Positions 55,266 through 63,510 of a stretch of DNA of 64,000 bases are shown here, piece by piece. This stretch comes from Spirochaetales bacterium (lineage in GTDB: Bacteria; Spirochaetota; Spirochaetia; SZUA-6; DRHE01). Below the pieces are notes generated by a model, which was not told the origin of the DNA, did not search any database, and saw only the letters and a program-made list of their open reading frames with translations. The translations under genes were made by a program, and so were the position numbers. How positions within the stretch are numbered: position 1 is the first letter of the stretch; every line of letters starts with the position of its first letter. Where the stretch lies: contig JAUVWI010000004.1 of assembly GCA_030604195.1 (NCBI GenBank), positions 20,829 through 84,828 of the forward strand. Direction: 5' to 3'.

Positions 55266-55281
55266 TGCAACAATTTGCAAC
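55266..55281. repeat. direct repeat TGCAAC-N4-TGCAAC in the parD-like promoter region (possible operator)
   Basis: TGCAAC occurs at 55266-55271 and 55276-55281, a 10-bp period. On the minus strand it overlaps a TTGCAA (-35-like), 17-nt spacer, TATATT arrangement upstream of the antitoxin gene. Confidence 0.35.
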
Positions 55282-55322
55282 AGATGAAAATTTTTTTAAC
55301 TCATACGCTGCCTGAACAATCC

Positions 55323-57452
55323 TCACTTTAGCCTCTCTGCCAGCAGGGTATAGCGCTTCTGGGTTTTATCATTCTTAACCGCAATGTTCAGGGCCTTTTT
55401 GCTACCCACGAGCACCACGAGCTTTTCCCCACGGGTAACAGCCGTATAGAGCAGGTTGCGCTGTAAGAGCAGGTAATGCTGGGTCATAACGGGAATAACA
55501 ACGGCCGGATACTCGGAGCCCTGGGCCTTATGCACGGAAACTGCATAAGCTAAAGTGATCTCATCGAGTTCCGCAGACTCATAGTCCACACTGCGGCCGT
55601 CAAATAATACCCGTACCCTGCGACCCTCTTCTTCAATACGGGTAATTCGTCCCATATCCCCGTTAAACACATCCTTCTTATAGTTGTTCCTTATCTGCAT
55701 TACCTTATCGTGTACTTTAAGTATTTTAGCGCCCCTTACTGTTCCTTTCCCGCCGGGATTCAGGGCATTCTGCAGCTCCCGATTCAGGTTCTCCACCCCT
55801 ATCAGCCCCCTGTGCATGGGGGAGAGCACCTGGATATCATCCACCGGGTCCAGGTTGAACCTCCTGGGTATGCGCTCTCTTACAAGCTCAATAATAATTC
55901 CGGCAACCTTTTCCGGCTCTTCCTGCTCAATAAAATAGAAGTCGCTCTCCGAGGCGGAATATTCAGGCGTTAAACCCACATTAATCCGGTGGGCGTTCAC
56001 AATGATCCGGCTCTCCCTGGCCTGGCGGAATATCTCGTTCAATTCCACCACCGTCACCCTGCCGGAGGCTATTATGTCTTTCAAGACGTTCCCGGCTCCC
56101 ACTGAGGGAAGCTGGTTCACATCTCCTATTAATATCAGGGAGGCATTCGCAGGAATGGCTTTCAGCAGATGATGCATCAAAATTGTATCGATCATGGAGG
56201 CTTCATCCAGGATTATCAGGTCGCACCGCAGGGGATCCGACTGATTCTTCTGAAATCCCCCTGCCCGCATATTATACTCAAGCAGCCGGTGAATAGTTTT
56301 TGCCTGGTATCCTGTTGCCTCACTCATTCGCTTGGCTGCTCTGCCTGTAGGCGCGGCCAGCATAATCCTGGTTCCGATCCTGGAAACAATGGCCAGAATG
56401 GTCTTTATAATGGTGGTCTTTCCCGTTCCGGGTCCGCCGGTAATAACTAAAAGCTTATCTTTTAAGGCGCGCCTGACTGCTTCCGCCTGTTTAGCGGCCA
56501 GGGTAATATCGAGCCTCTGCTGGACCCACTGGAGAGCTCTCTCCGAGTCAACCTCTCTCATGCTCCTGCTGTCATTCTGAAGTTCAATCAGATTAGCTGC
56601 AATTCCTGTTTCTGAAACATAAAATGGGGGCAAATAGACTGACCCTTTATACAGCACCAGCTTTTCATTCCTGCTTAATTCATCCAGTGCACCGGCAATA
56701 ATCTCTCTATCAATCTGCAGAATTTTCTGGCTTCTCTGTATAAGCATGTCAGATGGGTAATAGACATGCCCTTCATCAGTACACTGGTTCAGTACATGGA
56801 GCAGTCCCGCCTCGGCCCGTTCTTCGGAATCCCTGGCAAATCCCATGTTTTCCGCAATTTTGTCCGCGGTTATAAAGCCGATTCCAAAAATATCCGTTGC
56901 CAGGCGGTAGGGATTCTCCTTCACAACTTCTACAGCGTGGTTTCCATACCGCTTGAATATTTTGGCCGCATAACCCGGGCTTACACCATAGGACTGCAGG
57001 AAAATCATAACCCCCCGTATTTCTTTTTGCTCATCCCAGGCTTCACTGATCATCTTCAGCCTTTTCCTGCCGATTCCCTCCACCTGGGTTAATTTCTCTA
57101 TTTTGTCATCAATAACCGATAGGGTTTTTTCTCCGAATTTACCTACTATCCGGCGGGCCATCTCTGCCCCGATTCCCCGGATCAGGCCGGAAGCCAGGTA
57201 TTTTTCTATACCCACAACGGCTGCCGGCACTGAAGTTTTATAGCTTGATATCTTAAACTGGCGGCCGTATTTGGGATGGCTATTCCATTCTCCCTTCATG
57301 AAGATCATTTCTCCGGGTATGGGAGATACGAGGTTCCCTACAATCGTTATAAGCTCATCATGGCCATCAACCCTGACCCGGGCTATGGTGTAACCGTTCT
57401 CTTCATTGGTGTAGGTAATGCTCTCTATGTGTCCTTCAAGTTCTTCAATCAT
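55323..57452 (-). CDS. recD2: RecD2-type SF1B DNA helicase (RecD/TraA family)
   Basis: Walker A is VITGGPGTGKTT and Walker B is LIILDEASMID. Also present are GDVNQLPSVG, AVSVHKAQGSEY, an N-terminal OB-like region, and HhH (GIGAEMARRIV, GIGRKR). The preferred start is the ATG at 57452 (MIEELEGH), which shares its A with the upstream TGA stop. Confidence 0.85.
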   Translation of the reverse strand: MIEELEGHIESITYTNEENGYTIARVRVDGHDELITIVGNLVSPIPGEMIFMKGEWNSHPKYGRQFKISSYKTSVPAAVVGIEKYLASGLIRGIGAEMARRIVGKFGEKTLSVIDDKIEKLTQVEGIGRKRLKMISEAWDEQKEIRGVMIFLQSYGVSPGYAAKIFKRYGNHAVEVVKENPYRLATDIFGIGFITADKIAENMGFARDSEERAEAGLLHVLNQCTDEGHVYYPSDMLIQRSQKILQIDREIIAGALDELSRNEKLVLYKGSVYLPPFYVSETGIAANLIELQNDSRSMREVDSERALQWVQQRLDITLAAKQAEAVRRALKDKLLVITGGPGTGKTTIIKTILAIVSRIGTRIMLAAPTGRAAKRMSEATGYQAKTIHRLLEYNMRAGGFQKNQSDPLRCDLIILDEASMIDTILMHHLLKAIPANASLILIGDVNQLPSVGAGNVLKDIIASGRVTVVELNEIFRQARESRIIVNAHRINVGLTPEYSASESDFYFIEQEEPEKVAGIIIELVRERIPRRFNLDPVDDIQVLSPMHRGLIGVENLNRELQNALNPGGKGTVRGAKILKVHDKVMQIRNNYKKDVFNGDMGRITRIEEEGRRVRVLFDGRSVDYESAELDEITLAYAVSVHKAQGSEYPAVVIPVMTQHYLLLQRNLLYTAVTRGEKLVVLVGSKKALNIAVKNDKTQKRYTLLAERLK

Positions 57453-60400
57453 CAGGGATAGAGCCACTCCGCCCTGAAAATTGTACACTCATAGGCTCCG
57501 CCTTTCCCATGTTTCAGTCCGTCGCGCGTCAGGGAGAGGCCGTGGTCCGTGGTCAGAACTAAAGGGCGCTTCTGCTCCGTACAGAGCCTGCAGAATGACG
57601 GCAGCTCCTTCTCTATGATGTTCTTCAATATTCCGGCCATATCGGCAAGCCGCAGTTCACGGCTGTGGGCTGCCCGGTCAATAATGGCCAGACGAATAAC
57701 AGCGCATTTGCCGGGGTCCAGGGGCAGCACATGATCAACCAGGGAATGTTCTTCATCACCTGAAAGGTTAAAATAGAGAATATCCCGCAGGGAAAACTCT
57801 TCCACCGGATCACCTTTAAAGCCGAAGAGTCCGGCAATGGCGCTGCTTGTAAAGGGCTCCGCACCCAGCCTGGCCCATTGCCTGGATAAGGTTCCGGGCA
57901 ATAGCTCAATTTTAGCCATCGCTTCCAGCCAGAGATCAGGCGAAGCACCATCCACAATTATCACTAAAGGCTTCTCTTCAAGGGAAATGGGCAGAACAGG
58001 AGATAGTTCGGAAAGCCACTTTTCTCCTGAACAGGAAAGCTCATCAACCATGCCGAATGCCTGCTCTTTCAGAGCCCTGGTTGTCCAGGGGTCTGATATC
58101 AGCTCACTCACGGGAATACGCACTGCCAGCCTTTCAGGGTATGGCATAGCCAGGCCGCTATGGATCAGCTTTGCTATTTCAAGAGAGTTTTTAATGCTTT
58201 CCGCCCGCTCAGGAAGTGCATGAAGGGATTTCGCTTCAATATTTTCAGGCAGGGCGGCGCCCTTTAGAATTCGTTCGGCAAGCATAATCCAGGCCGACCG
58301 CACAGCCTGGGTATGGAATCTTTCTGTGGAAATGAAGCTATAGAGCTTTTCAGTATCCAGGAACTCCAGAGGCTCGCTTAAACGAGCAGAGGGAAATTGC
58401 TCCTCGAGCATCATCTCAATTCTCTTGATCTCATCAGGTAGAGCTGCCTCCGGCCGGTCGTCAAGGGGCCGCAATGCCGGGTCTGTACCGAAAAGCTCAC
58501 TGTGAAGCAGGGGCCACCAGCCCAATAACTTTGGGCCGCCTTCGGAACGGGGCAGAGAGTCATCCTCAATGGCAATCAATATTTCTTCATCGGGCTCTTT
58601 ATCTGTCTTCCCGGCTTCAGGACCGGCAAGCCATTCCCGGAAAAGAGCTGAAACCCGTTCAGAGGGAAGCCTCCTGCCGGCAAGTTCTTTTACAAGATCG
58701 CTTAATTTCCTGTTGTGTATGGAGATGCGTCCTGCCAGTGATTGGGATATCTCATCAGCAGTATCCACATCTATAGTACGCGTCAGGGTGGAAGCCTTGA
58801 GCTTGCCTGATTTCAGGGTTTGCCCAAGTTCTTTCAGGCGCCCGGCTATTCCAGGATTTACATCCTGCAGGGCATAGGAACGGACAGCCAGGGATTCCAG
58901 AACTTTGGGATTGCGCAGTATTTCAATGTAGATTTCCAGATAATGGTTAATCTTCTCTTCCGGATTTTCAACCATGGCAATTTCCGCTCTGTCACCCGGC
59001 TGAAAACCGCAACCGCACACCGGGGAGCGCATGAGTTCTTCTGATATCTGCCTTGTGCACTGCTTTATATCAGGAGCATTCATCTCCCTTATAAACTCAT
59101 CAATACCCGGAGGTCTGTCCAGGGTTTCAATCCGGGCCAGCCGCATTATGGTATCCAGGGCTCTTCCGGCATTTTTTGCCAGAGGCGCCCGGCGCTGGGA
59201 TATATAGTACTCGTTGTGCTCTTTGGCATAGAGAGCGATATAATGATCGCGAAAATGGCTGAAAACCACGCCCAGATGCTCTCCGGAATCATTTACCACC
59301 CCTGTTTCAGGCTTTTCCAGCAGTTTTAAAACTGCCTGGCCAAGTTCTTCTATGGCGCTCTCCTTTTCGGCTGCCTTGCAAACCGCCTGGTGGCGTACAT
59401 AATGGTTGATGGCAACAAATTCTTCCGAAGCATTAGCCAGGAATCGATTCAATTTCTTTACAAACCTGATATCCTCTGCATTGAGGCCCGTGCCGCGCCA
59501 GCTCTGCAGAAATCTTTCAAGCCCCTCCCTGGCTGAGTAGGAAACTTTTATTTCCTTGACCAGGTTATCCAGAGCAGTAAGTTTCTGATCCAGGGAGCGG
59601 ATATCAAAAGCCTTGAAGGAAGAATAGTCAGCTATCCTTGAAAGATCTGAGCGTGTCTCCTGGGCCAGGTTTAATGTTGTATCACGAAACTTGATGAGTT
59701 CTTTCCAGGTCTCACGTTGCTGCCTCAAGCCGAAAGACTCCCATCCTGAAGATGATGTCAGGAAGGTGCATTCTTCGGTAAGGGTTGCCAGGTCATGCTC
59801 ATTTATCAGCTCACCCAGGGTAATCTCTTCAGCCTTTTCCAGGGAGTTAAGGGTTAAAAATTCCAGGGGAATGCTCCTCCCTCCCCTGCGTGCTGTAATC
59901 AGCCCGCCTGCGGTCAGTGAGGCAAGCAAGAATAAAGCCGTATCTCTGGGTAGACCAAAGGGACCGTTTTCAAGCTCAGCAAGCAGGTCAGGAACAGGTG
60001 TGGCGCCGGATGGATTCAGCAGTCCGAAGAAGAAGGACAGCAGGGGATGCCCCCTGGTATCGGGAGAGAAAATATAGGAACCGCGCTTAAGCTCAACCAG
60101 GCCCAGGGGCACGGCTAACCCGTCTATGGCAGCGCTTAGAGACCTGGAACGTGCTTCACTTAAGGAGATGCTGCCGGGTATAATAAAATCATCAAGCAGT
60201 TGCAGATAGCTCCGCGGGGTGGGCGTAAACCTTCGCGGCGCAACCTCCCTGAACCTGGGATACCTGTTTCCCAGTATAACCTCTCCGGCAGCCTCCAAAA
60301 GGCGGTCAAAGCGTTTAAGCTGACGAACCGCGGTGTCAACACGTATGGAGCGGTCGGTGAAATCGCCTGAATACAAGGCCTCCAAAGCGGCCTGGCAGGC

Positions 60401-62284
60401 TGCCGGTGCAAGGCGTTTTATTCGTTCCTGGGCCATTGGAATCAGCGGCGCCTCGGCAGGATTGGCGGGCTTCAGCTCCTGCAGAGTAAGTTTTGCCGCC
60501 AGAAACTCCTTGAGTATGCTCTCTTTCCCGGGAACCGGGATCTGCCACACTGCCGTATGCTCGCAGTCCGACTTCCCTGTGCCGATGGTCATGACTACTG
60601 CAAAATCGAACTTTTCCGAATCTATCCGGTGAGCTAAACGATCAGAGAAATCTTTTTCATCATCCTGGTAAAGAAAACAGATAAGAACCTTGCGAGTGCT
60701 CGAGTTCCAGCTTACCAGCCGCTGAGCTCCCCTTTCCATAAGAACCCTGCCGGGCCATGATTCCGATTCCTGAAGCCCGGCCAGGGCCGCTATTAAGAGT
60801 CTTGAATCATCATCTTGAAGTTCCCCGGCAAGCCTTTTGATCCTGGCATCAAGGGTCTTGCCCGGATCATCTTCGGTTACAATTTCATAGAGAGTCTTCA
60901 TGGGATCGCCCGATTCGGCCGGCTGCTTTCTGAGAAAGTGGCTTGAAGCTGCGACCGGATCAAGCAGTGTTTCCGATATGAAGAGGGCATTCATCTGCGG
61001 GGACTGAAAGTCCAGGCTGCAGGCCGCCAGTTCAGCCAGCTCATCTGCCGCAGGTTCTGAAGCAGTGGGATGTATCTTGTAGAGAACAAGCATTCGAACC
61101 AGCCTTTTAGCCAGTAAGATGTCCTCACTGCTTTCCAATTCCCGCTCAATGACCTCGTCAAGATGGGGAATGATATGGCGGGGATAGATATTGAATGATG
61201 AAAATTCAGCCAGACGCCCGGCGAAATGATCATATATACTGTCCGGAGCCAAAAGCTCCGGTGCAGGGCGGTCGAGAATAGAGGGGATATTCCGCCGGCT
61301 GTCTCCTGCAATACGGGAGTAAACAAAATCCACTACACCGCGGTGCTGGGAAAAAAGCTCTCCCAGTCCGTCAAGCAGTGTGATTGTTGTGGGATGAACC
61401 GGGTAAGTCATTTTGAAATCATCAAGGGAAGAGGAAAAGGTGGGAAACTGCTGCCTGTACATTTCATAGATTCGGTAGATCTCCTCATCCGCTCCCTGCT
61501 TGCGGCGTACAAGCCTCCCGGATATGAGCGAGCGGATGTGCACGGTAGATAGAGTGAGTTTTATAGGGAAGCGGTCCTTGATTTTACGAAAGATGGCCTG
61601 GGATATATCTCCGGTTCTTTCAATGCTCTCCTGCACAGCACAAATAATCCATAGCGGTTCACCGGATGTCATCTCTCCTAAAAGCTGCAGGGTACGGGCA
61701 TCTTCATTTAAAACCTGAGTTGAAGGTTTGGAGCGGAAAAACTCGGAAAGCTCATCTATCAGCAGGACCAGACCGTCAAAACCGGCCGATCTGACCGAGG
61801 ATATCACCCGGCTGAAGGTTTCATGCCTCTCCTTTGAGGAGATCAGAGCTGCCAGGTCAACTTTTTTGCCGTGCAGGGCAAGCGCCTTTTCCACGGATTC
61901 GATTATGATCTGTTCCAGGGGCACGGAAGCTCTATAGTTGATTAAAGATATATCAACCGGCAGATACTTTGCCTTGGATTCACTCAAGCGTTTCAGACCG
62001 CCGTGACCTTCGGAAAGGATATGCCTGCCCTTCTCTGCGGCAAGCCAGGCATAGAGAGCAGCCAGAAAATGGGATTTACCCGAGCCGAAATCACCCTGCA
62101 GGAAATATCCCTGTCCGCGGGCATTAAGCAGGGCAGCGGCTATGACAGTGCAGTGGGAGGCAACCTCATTGGTAAAAACAAAACTCATCGCAATCTCTGC
62201 GGATTTAAGCCGCCCCTCTTCAAGCTGTATTACAGTTCTTACCGGGGGTATCTCAACAAGATCGCCGATCTTTACCACACTCAC
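57452..62284 (-). CDS. 1610-aa fusion: BrxC/PglY-like P-loop ATPase N-terminus, long helical middle, PglZ-like (alkaline-phosphatase-fold) C-terminus
   Basis: Walker A is GDFGSGKSHFL (aa 64-74) and Walker B is LVLLIDELSEF (aa 172-182). The YPxHP motif is TYPVHPTTITLL (aa 293-304). The C-terminus carries PLVIIVDGASPDLW (D1445), EPFTSSAIAGLFG (T1479) and LVLTTDHGLS (D1580/H1581). The GTG start overlaps the stop of the TPR gene. Confidence 0.6.
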   Translation of the reverse strand: MSVVKIGDLVEIPPVRTVIQLEEGRLKSAEIAMSFVFTNEVASHCTVIAAALLNARGQGYFLQGDFGSGKSHFLAALYAWLAAEKGRHILSEGHGGLKRLSESKAKYLPVDISLINYRASVPLEQIIIESVEKALALHGKKVDLAALISSKERHETFSRVISSVRSAGFDGLVLLIDELSEFFRSKPSTQVLNEDARTLQLLGEMTSGEPLWIICAVQESIERTGDISQAIFRKIKDRFPIKLTLSTVHIRSLISGRLVRRKQGADEEIYRIYEMYRQQFPTFSSSLDDFKMTYPVHPTTITLLDGLGELFSQHRGVVDFVYSRIAGDSRRNIPSILDRPAPELLAPDSIYDHFAGRLAEFSSFNIYPRHIIPHLDEVIERELESSEDILLAKRLVRMLVLYKIHPTASEPAADELAELAACSLDFQSPQMNALFISETLLDPVAASSHFLRKQPAESGDPMKTLYEIVTEDDPGKTLDARIKRLAGELQDDDSRLLIAALAGLQESESWPGRVLMERGAQRLVSWNSSTRKVLICFLYQDDEKDFSDRLAHRIDSEKFDFAVVMTIGTGKSDCEHTAVWQIPVPGKESILKEFLAAKLTLQELKPANPAEAPLIPMAQERIKRLAPAACQAALEALYSGDFTDRSIRVDTAVRQLKRFDRLLEAAGEVILGNRYPRFREVAPRRFTPTPRSYLQLLDDFIIPGSISLSEARSRSLSAAIDGLAVPLGLVELKRGSYIFSPDTRGHPLLSFFFGLLNPSGATPVPDLLAELENGPFGLPRDTALFLLASLTAGGLITARRGGRSIPLEFLTLNSLEKAEEITLGELINEHDLATLTEECTFLTSSSGWESFGLRQQRETWKELIKFRDTTLNLAQETRSDLSRIADYSSFKAFDIRSLDQKLTALDNLVKEIKVSYSAREGLERFLQSWRGTGLNAEDIRFVKKLNRFLANASEEFVAINHYVRHQAVCKAAEKESAIEELGQAVLKLLEKPETGVVNDSGEHLGVVFSHFRDHYIALYAKEHNEYYISQRRAPLAKNAGRALDTIMRLARIETLDRPPGIDEFIREMNAPDIKQCTRQISEELMRSPVCGCGFQPGDRAEIAMVENPEEKINHYLEIYIEILRNPKVLESLAVRSYALQDVNPGIAGRLKELGQTLKSGKLKASTLTRTIDVDTADEISQSLAGRISIHNRKLSDLVKELAGRRLPSERVSALFREWLAGPEAGKTDKEPDEEILIAIEDDSLPRSEGGPKLLGWWPLLHSELFGTDPALRPLDDRPEAALPDEIKRIEMMLEEQFPSARLSEPLEFLDTEKLYSFISTERFHTQAVRSAWIMLAERILKGAALPENIEAKSLHALPERAESIKNSLEIAKLIHSGLAMPYPERLAVRIPVSELISDPWTTRALKEQAFGMVDELSCSGEKWLSELSPVLPISLEEKPLVIIVDGASPDLWLEAMAKIELLPGTLSRQWARLGAEPFTSSAIAGLFGFKGDPVEEFSLRDILYFNLSGDEEHSLVDHVLPLDPGKCAVIRLAIIDRAAHSRELRLADMAGILKNIIEKELPSFCRLCTEQKRPLVLTTDHGLSLTRDGLKHGKGGAYECTIFRAEWLYP
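57455..57973 (-). other. PglZ-like domain region of the fusion protein (aa ~1438-1610)
   Basis: The order and spacing of the DG metal motif, the T/S-S nucleophile segment and the DHG motif match the PglZ / alkaline-phosphatase superfamily. This was read directly from the translation. Confidence 0.55.
61385..62284 (-). other. BrxC/PglY-like ATPase core of the fusion protein (aa 1-300)
   Basis: The core has a P-loop (nt 62063-62095), Walker B (nt 61751-61774) and YPVHP (nt 61391-61405). Confidence 0.6.
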
Positions 62285-63330
62285 TGTATTTTCTCCAGTC
62301 TGGCTTTTAGCCGGTTAATACGCCCATAGAGTGATCTCTCTTCAGGGAATAGACCCAGGAGCCGGTTATAAAAATTAATAGCCCCTTCTATTTCTCCTAT
62401 ACGACTGCACGCGGCCTCATAGCTTGAGCGGAGGTACTTATTCTTTGGTTCCGCTCTTAAGAGCTCTTCCAGCATGGGAATGGCTTCTTTCTCACGTCCC
62501 GTTTTTGCCAGGGTAAAGGCTGTTTTTTGCTGTATACGCAGATTAGCTCCGCTTGTTTCTATCTTTGAATAGGCTTTTATTGCCTCATCCGGTCTGCCCG
62601 CCCTTCTGCACAGAGATGCATATATTTCCTTGTATACAGGGGGAAGTGAAGGAATACGGGCCATCTTTCCCATCTTGCCGAGTACGCTGTCCAGGCCGTC
62701 ACGCAGAATCTCAAGTTCCGTAAGCTCCCAGAGAGCATTATGGTTATGCGGTTGAAGCTGCAGCCACTTATTGCACTCTTCGATAGCCTCATCATAACTG
62801 CCAAGACCAGCCAGGGCTTTAGCGCGGTAACGATATTTATCCTGTTCAGCCATCTCCCAGGTAGATATATTTAAAAGGATCTCCTGCCAATTTTTGAGCT
62901 TTGAAAGACATGCCAAAACTCCTCTCTGTGAGCGCTGCGAAAGCCGTTCAAATTTTAGGGTATCTTTATAATAATTCAGAGCCTCTTCCGGCCTGTCCAG
63001 GCCTGAAAGCGCATCCGCTGCGGCAATGACCGCATAGGGGTTGGCACTATCCATGGACAGGGCCTCTTCTGCGACCTTCAGAGCCGACTCATATTCAGAA
63101 GCACGGATAAGAGCCACGGCCTGCTGGGTAAGCCAGAAGACATTCTGCCCGGATCCATCCAGCTGCTCACGTTCTGCATAACGCGCCGCTTCTGAATATT
63201 TGCCCAGGTTCATAAGCTTCCTGAACTCGCTGTAAGCTTCGGACACCTGCTTATCTCCACTTAAAAATATAAGCCTTTTGGGCGGCTTGCGGCCAACAGT
63301 AGCTGCAAAGGCAGACCGGTAACCTGCCAC
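62281..63330 (-). CDS. tetratricopeptide-repeat protein
   Basis: At least 7 TPR-like units are present (for example YSEAARYAE, YESALKVAEEALSMDSANPYA, PEEALNYYKDTL, YDEAIEECNKWLQLQPHN, PDEAIKAYSKI, EKEAIPMLEELLRAEPKN, IEGAINFYNRLLGLFPE). The start is GTG and is uncertain. Confidence 0.75.
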   Translation of the reverse strand: MAGYRSAFAATVGRKPPKRLIFLSGDKQVSEAYSEFRKLMNLGKYSEAARYAEREQLDGSGQNVFWLTQQAVALIRASEYESALKVAEEALSMDSANPYAVIAAADALSGLDRPEEALNYYKDTLKFERLSQRSQRGVLACLSKLKNWQEILLNISTWEMAEQDKYRYRAKALAGLGSYDEAIEECNKWLQLQPHNHNALWELTELEILRDGLDSVLGKMGKMARIPSLPPVYKEIYASLCRRAGRPDEAIKAYSKIETSGANLRIQQKTAFTLAKTGREKEAIPMLEELLRAEPKNKYLRSSYEAACSRIGEIEGAINFYNRLLGLFPEERSLYGRINRLKARLEKIQ

Positions 63331-63344
63331 TCTTCAATAAGGTA

Positions 63345-63374
63345 ATTTTAGTACAGGATAGATGATAATGACAA
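63345..63374 (-). promoter_or_regulatory. candidate promoter of the TPR / ATPase-PglZ / helicase operon
   Basis: On the minus strand TTGTCA (63374-63369) is followed by an 18-nt spacer and TAAAAT (63350-63345), 14 nt upstream of the GTG at 63330. Confidence 0.35.
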
Positions 63375-63429
63375 TGGCTTGGATTAAAAAAGAGACCATT
63401 TACTGAGACTTCTGTAAATAAAAAAATGC

Positions 63430-63458
63430 TTGACAATATAGAATACATATGGTATACA
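63430..63458 (+). promoter_or_regulatory. candidate promoter of the divergent dehydrogenase gene
   Basis: TTGACA (63430-63435) is followed by a 17-nt spacer and TATACA (63453-63458), about 50 nt upstream of the ATG at 63511. Confidence 0.45.
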
Positions 63459-63510
63459 AAATTTATACAAGAAGAATATGAATTGTATTATTCATAAACA
63501 GGGGAAATGC

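Noticed and set aside
55323-57488. Interpreting the helicase as the RecD subunit of RecBCD
   Set aside because: No recB or recC is adjacent. The protein has the long N-terminal OB/HhH extension typical of stand-alone RecD2 rather than RecD1.
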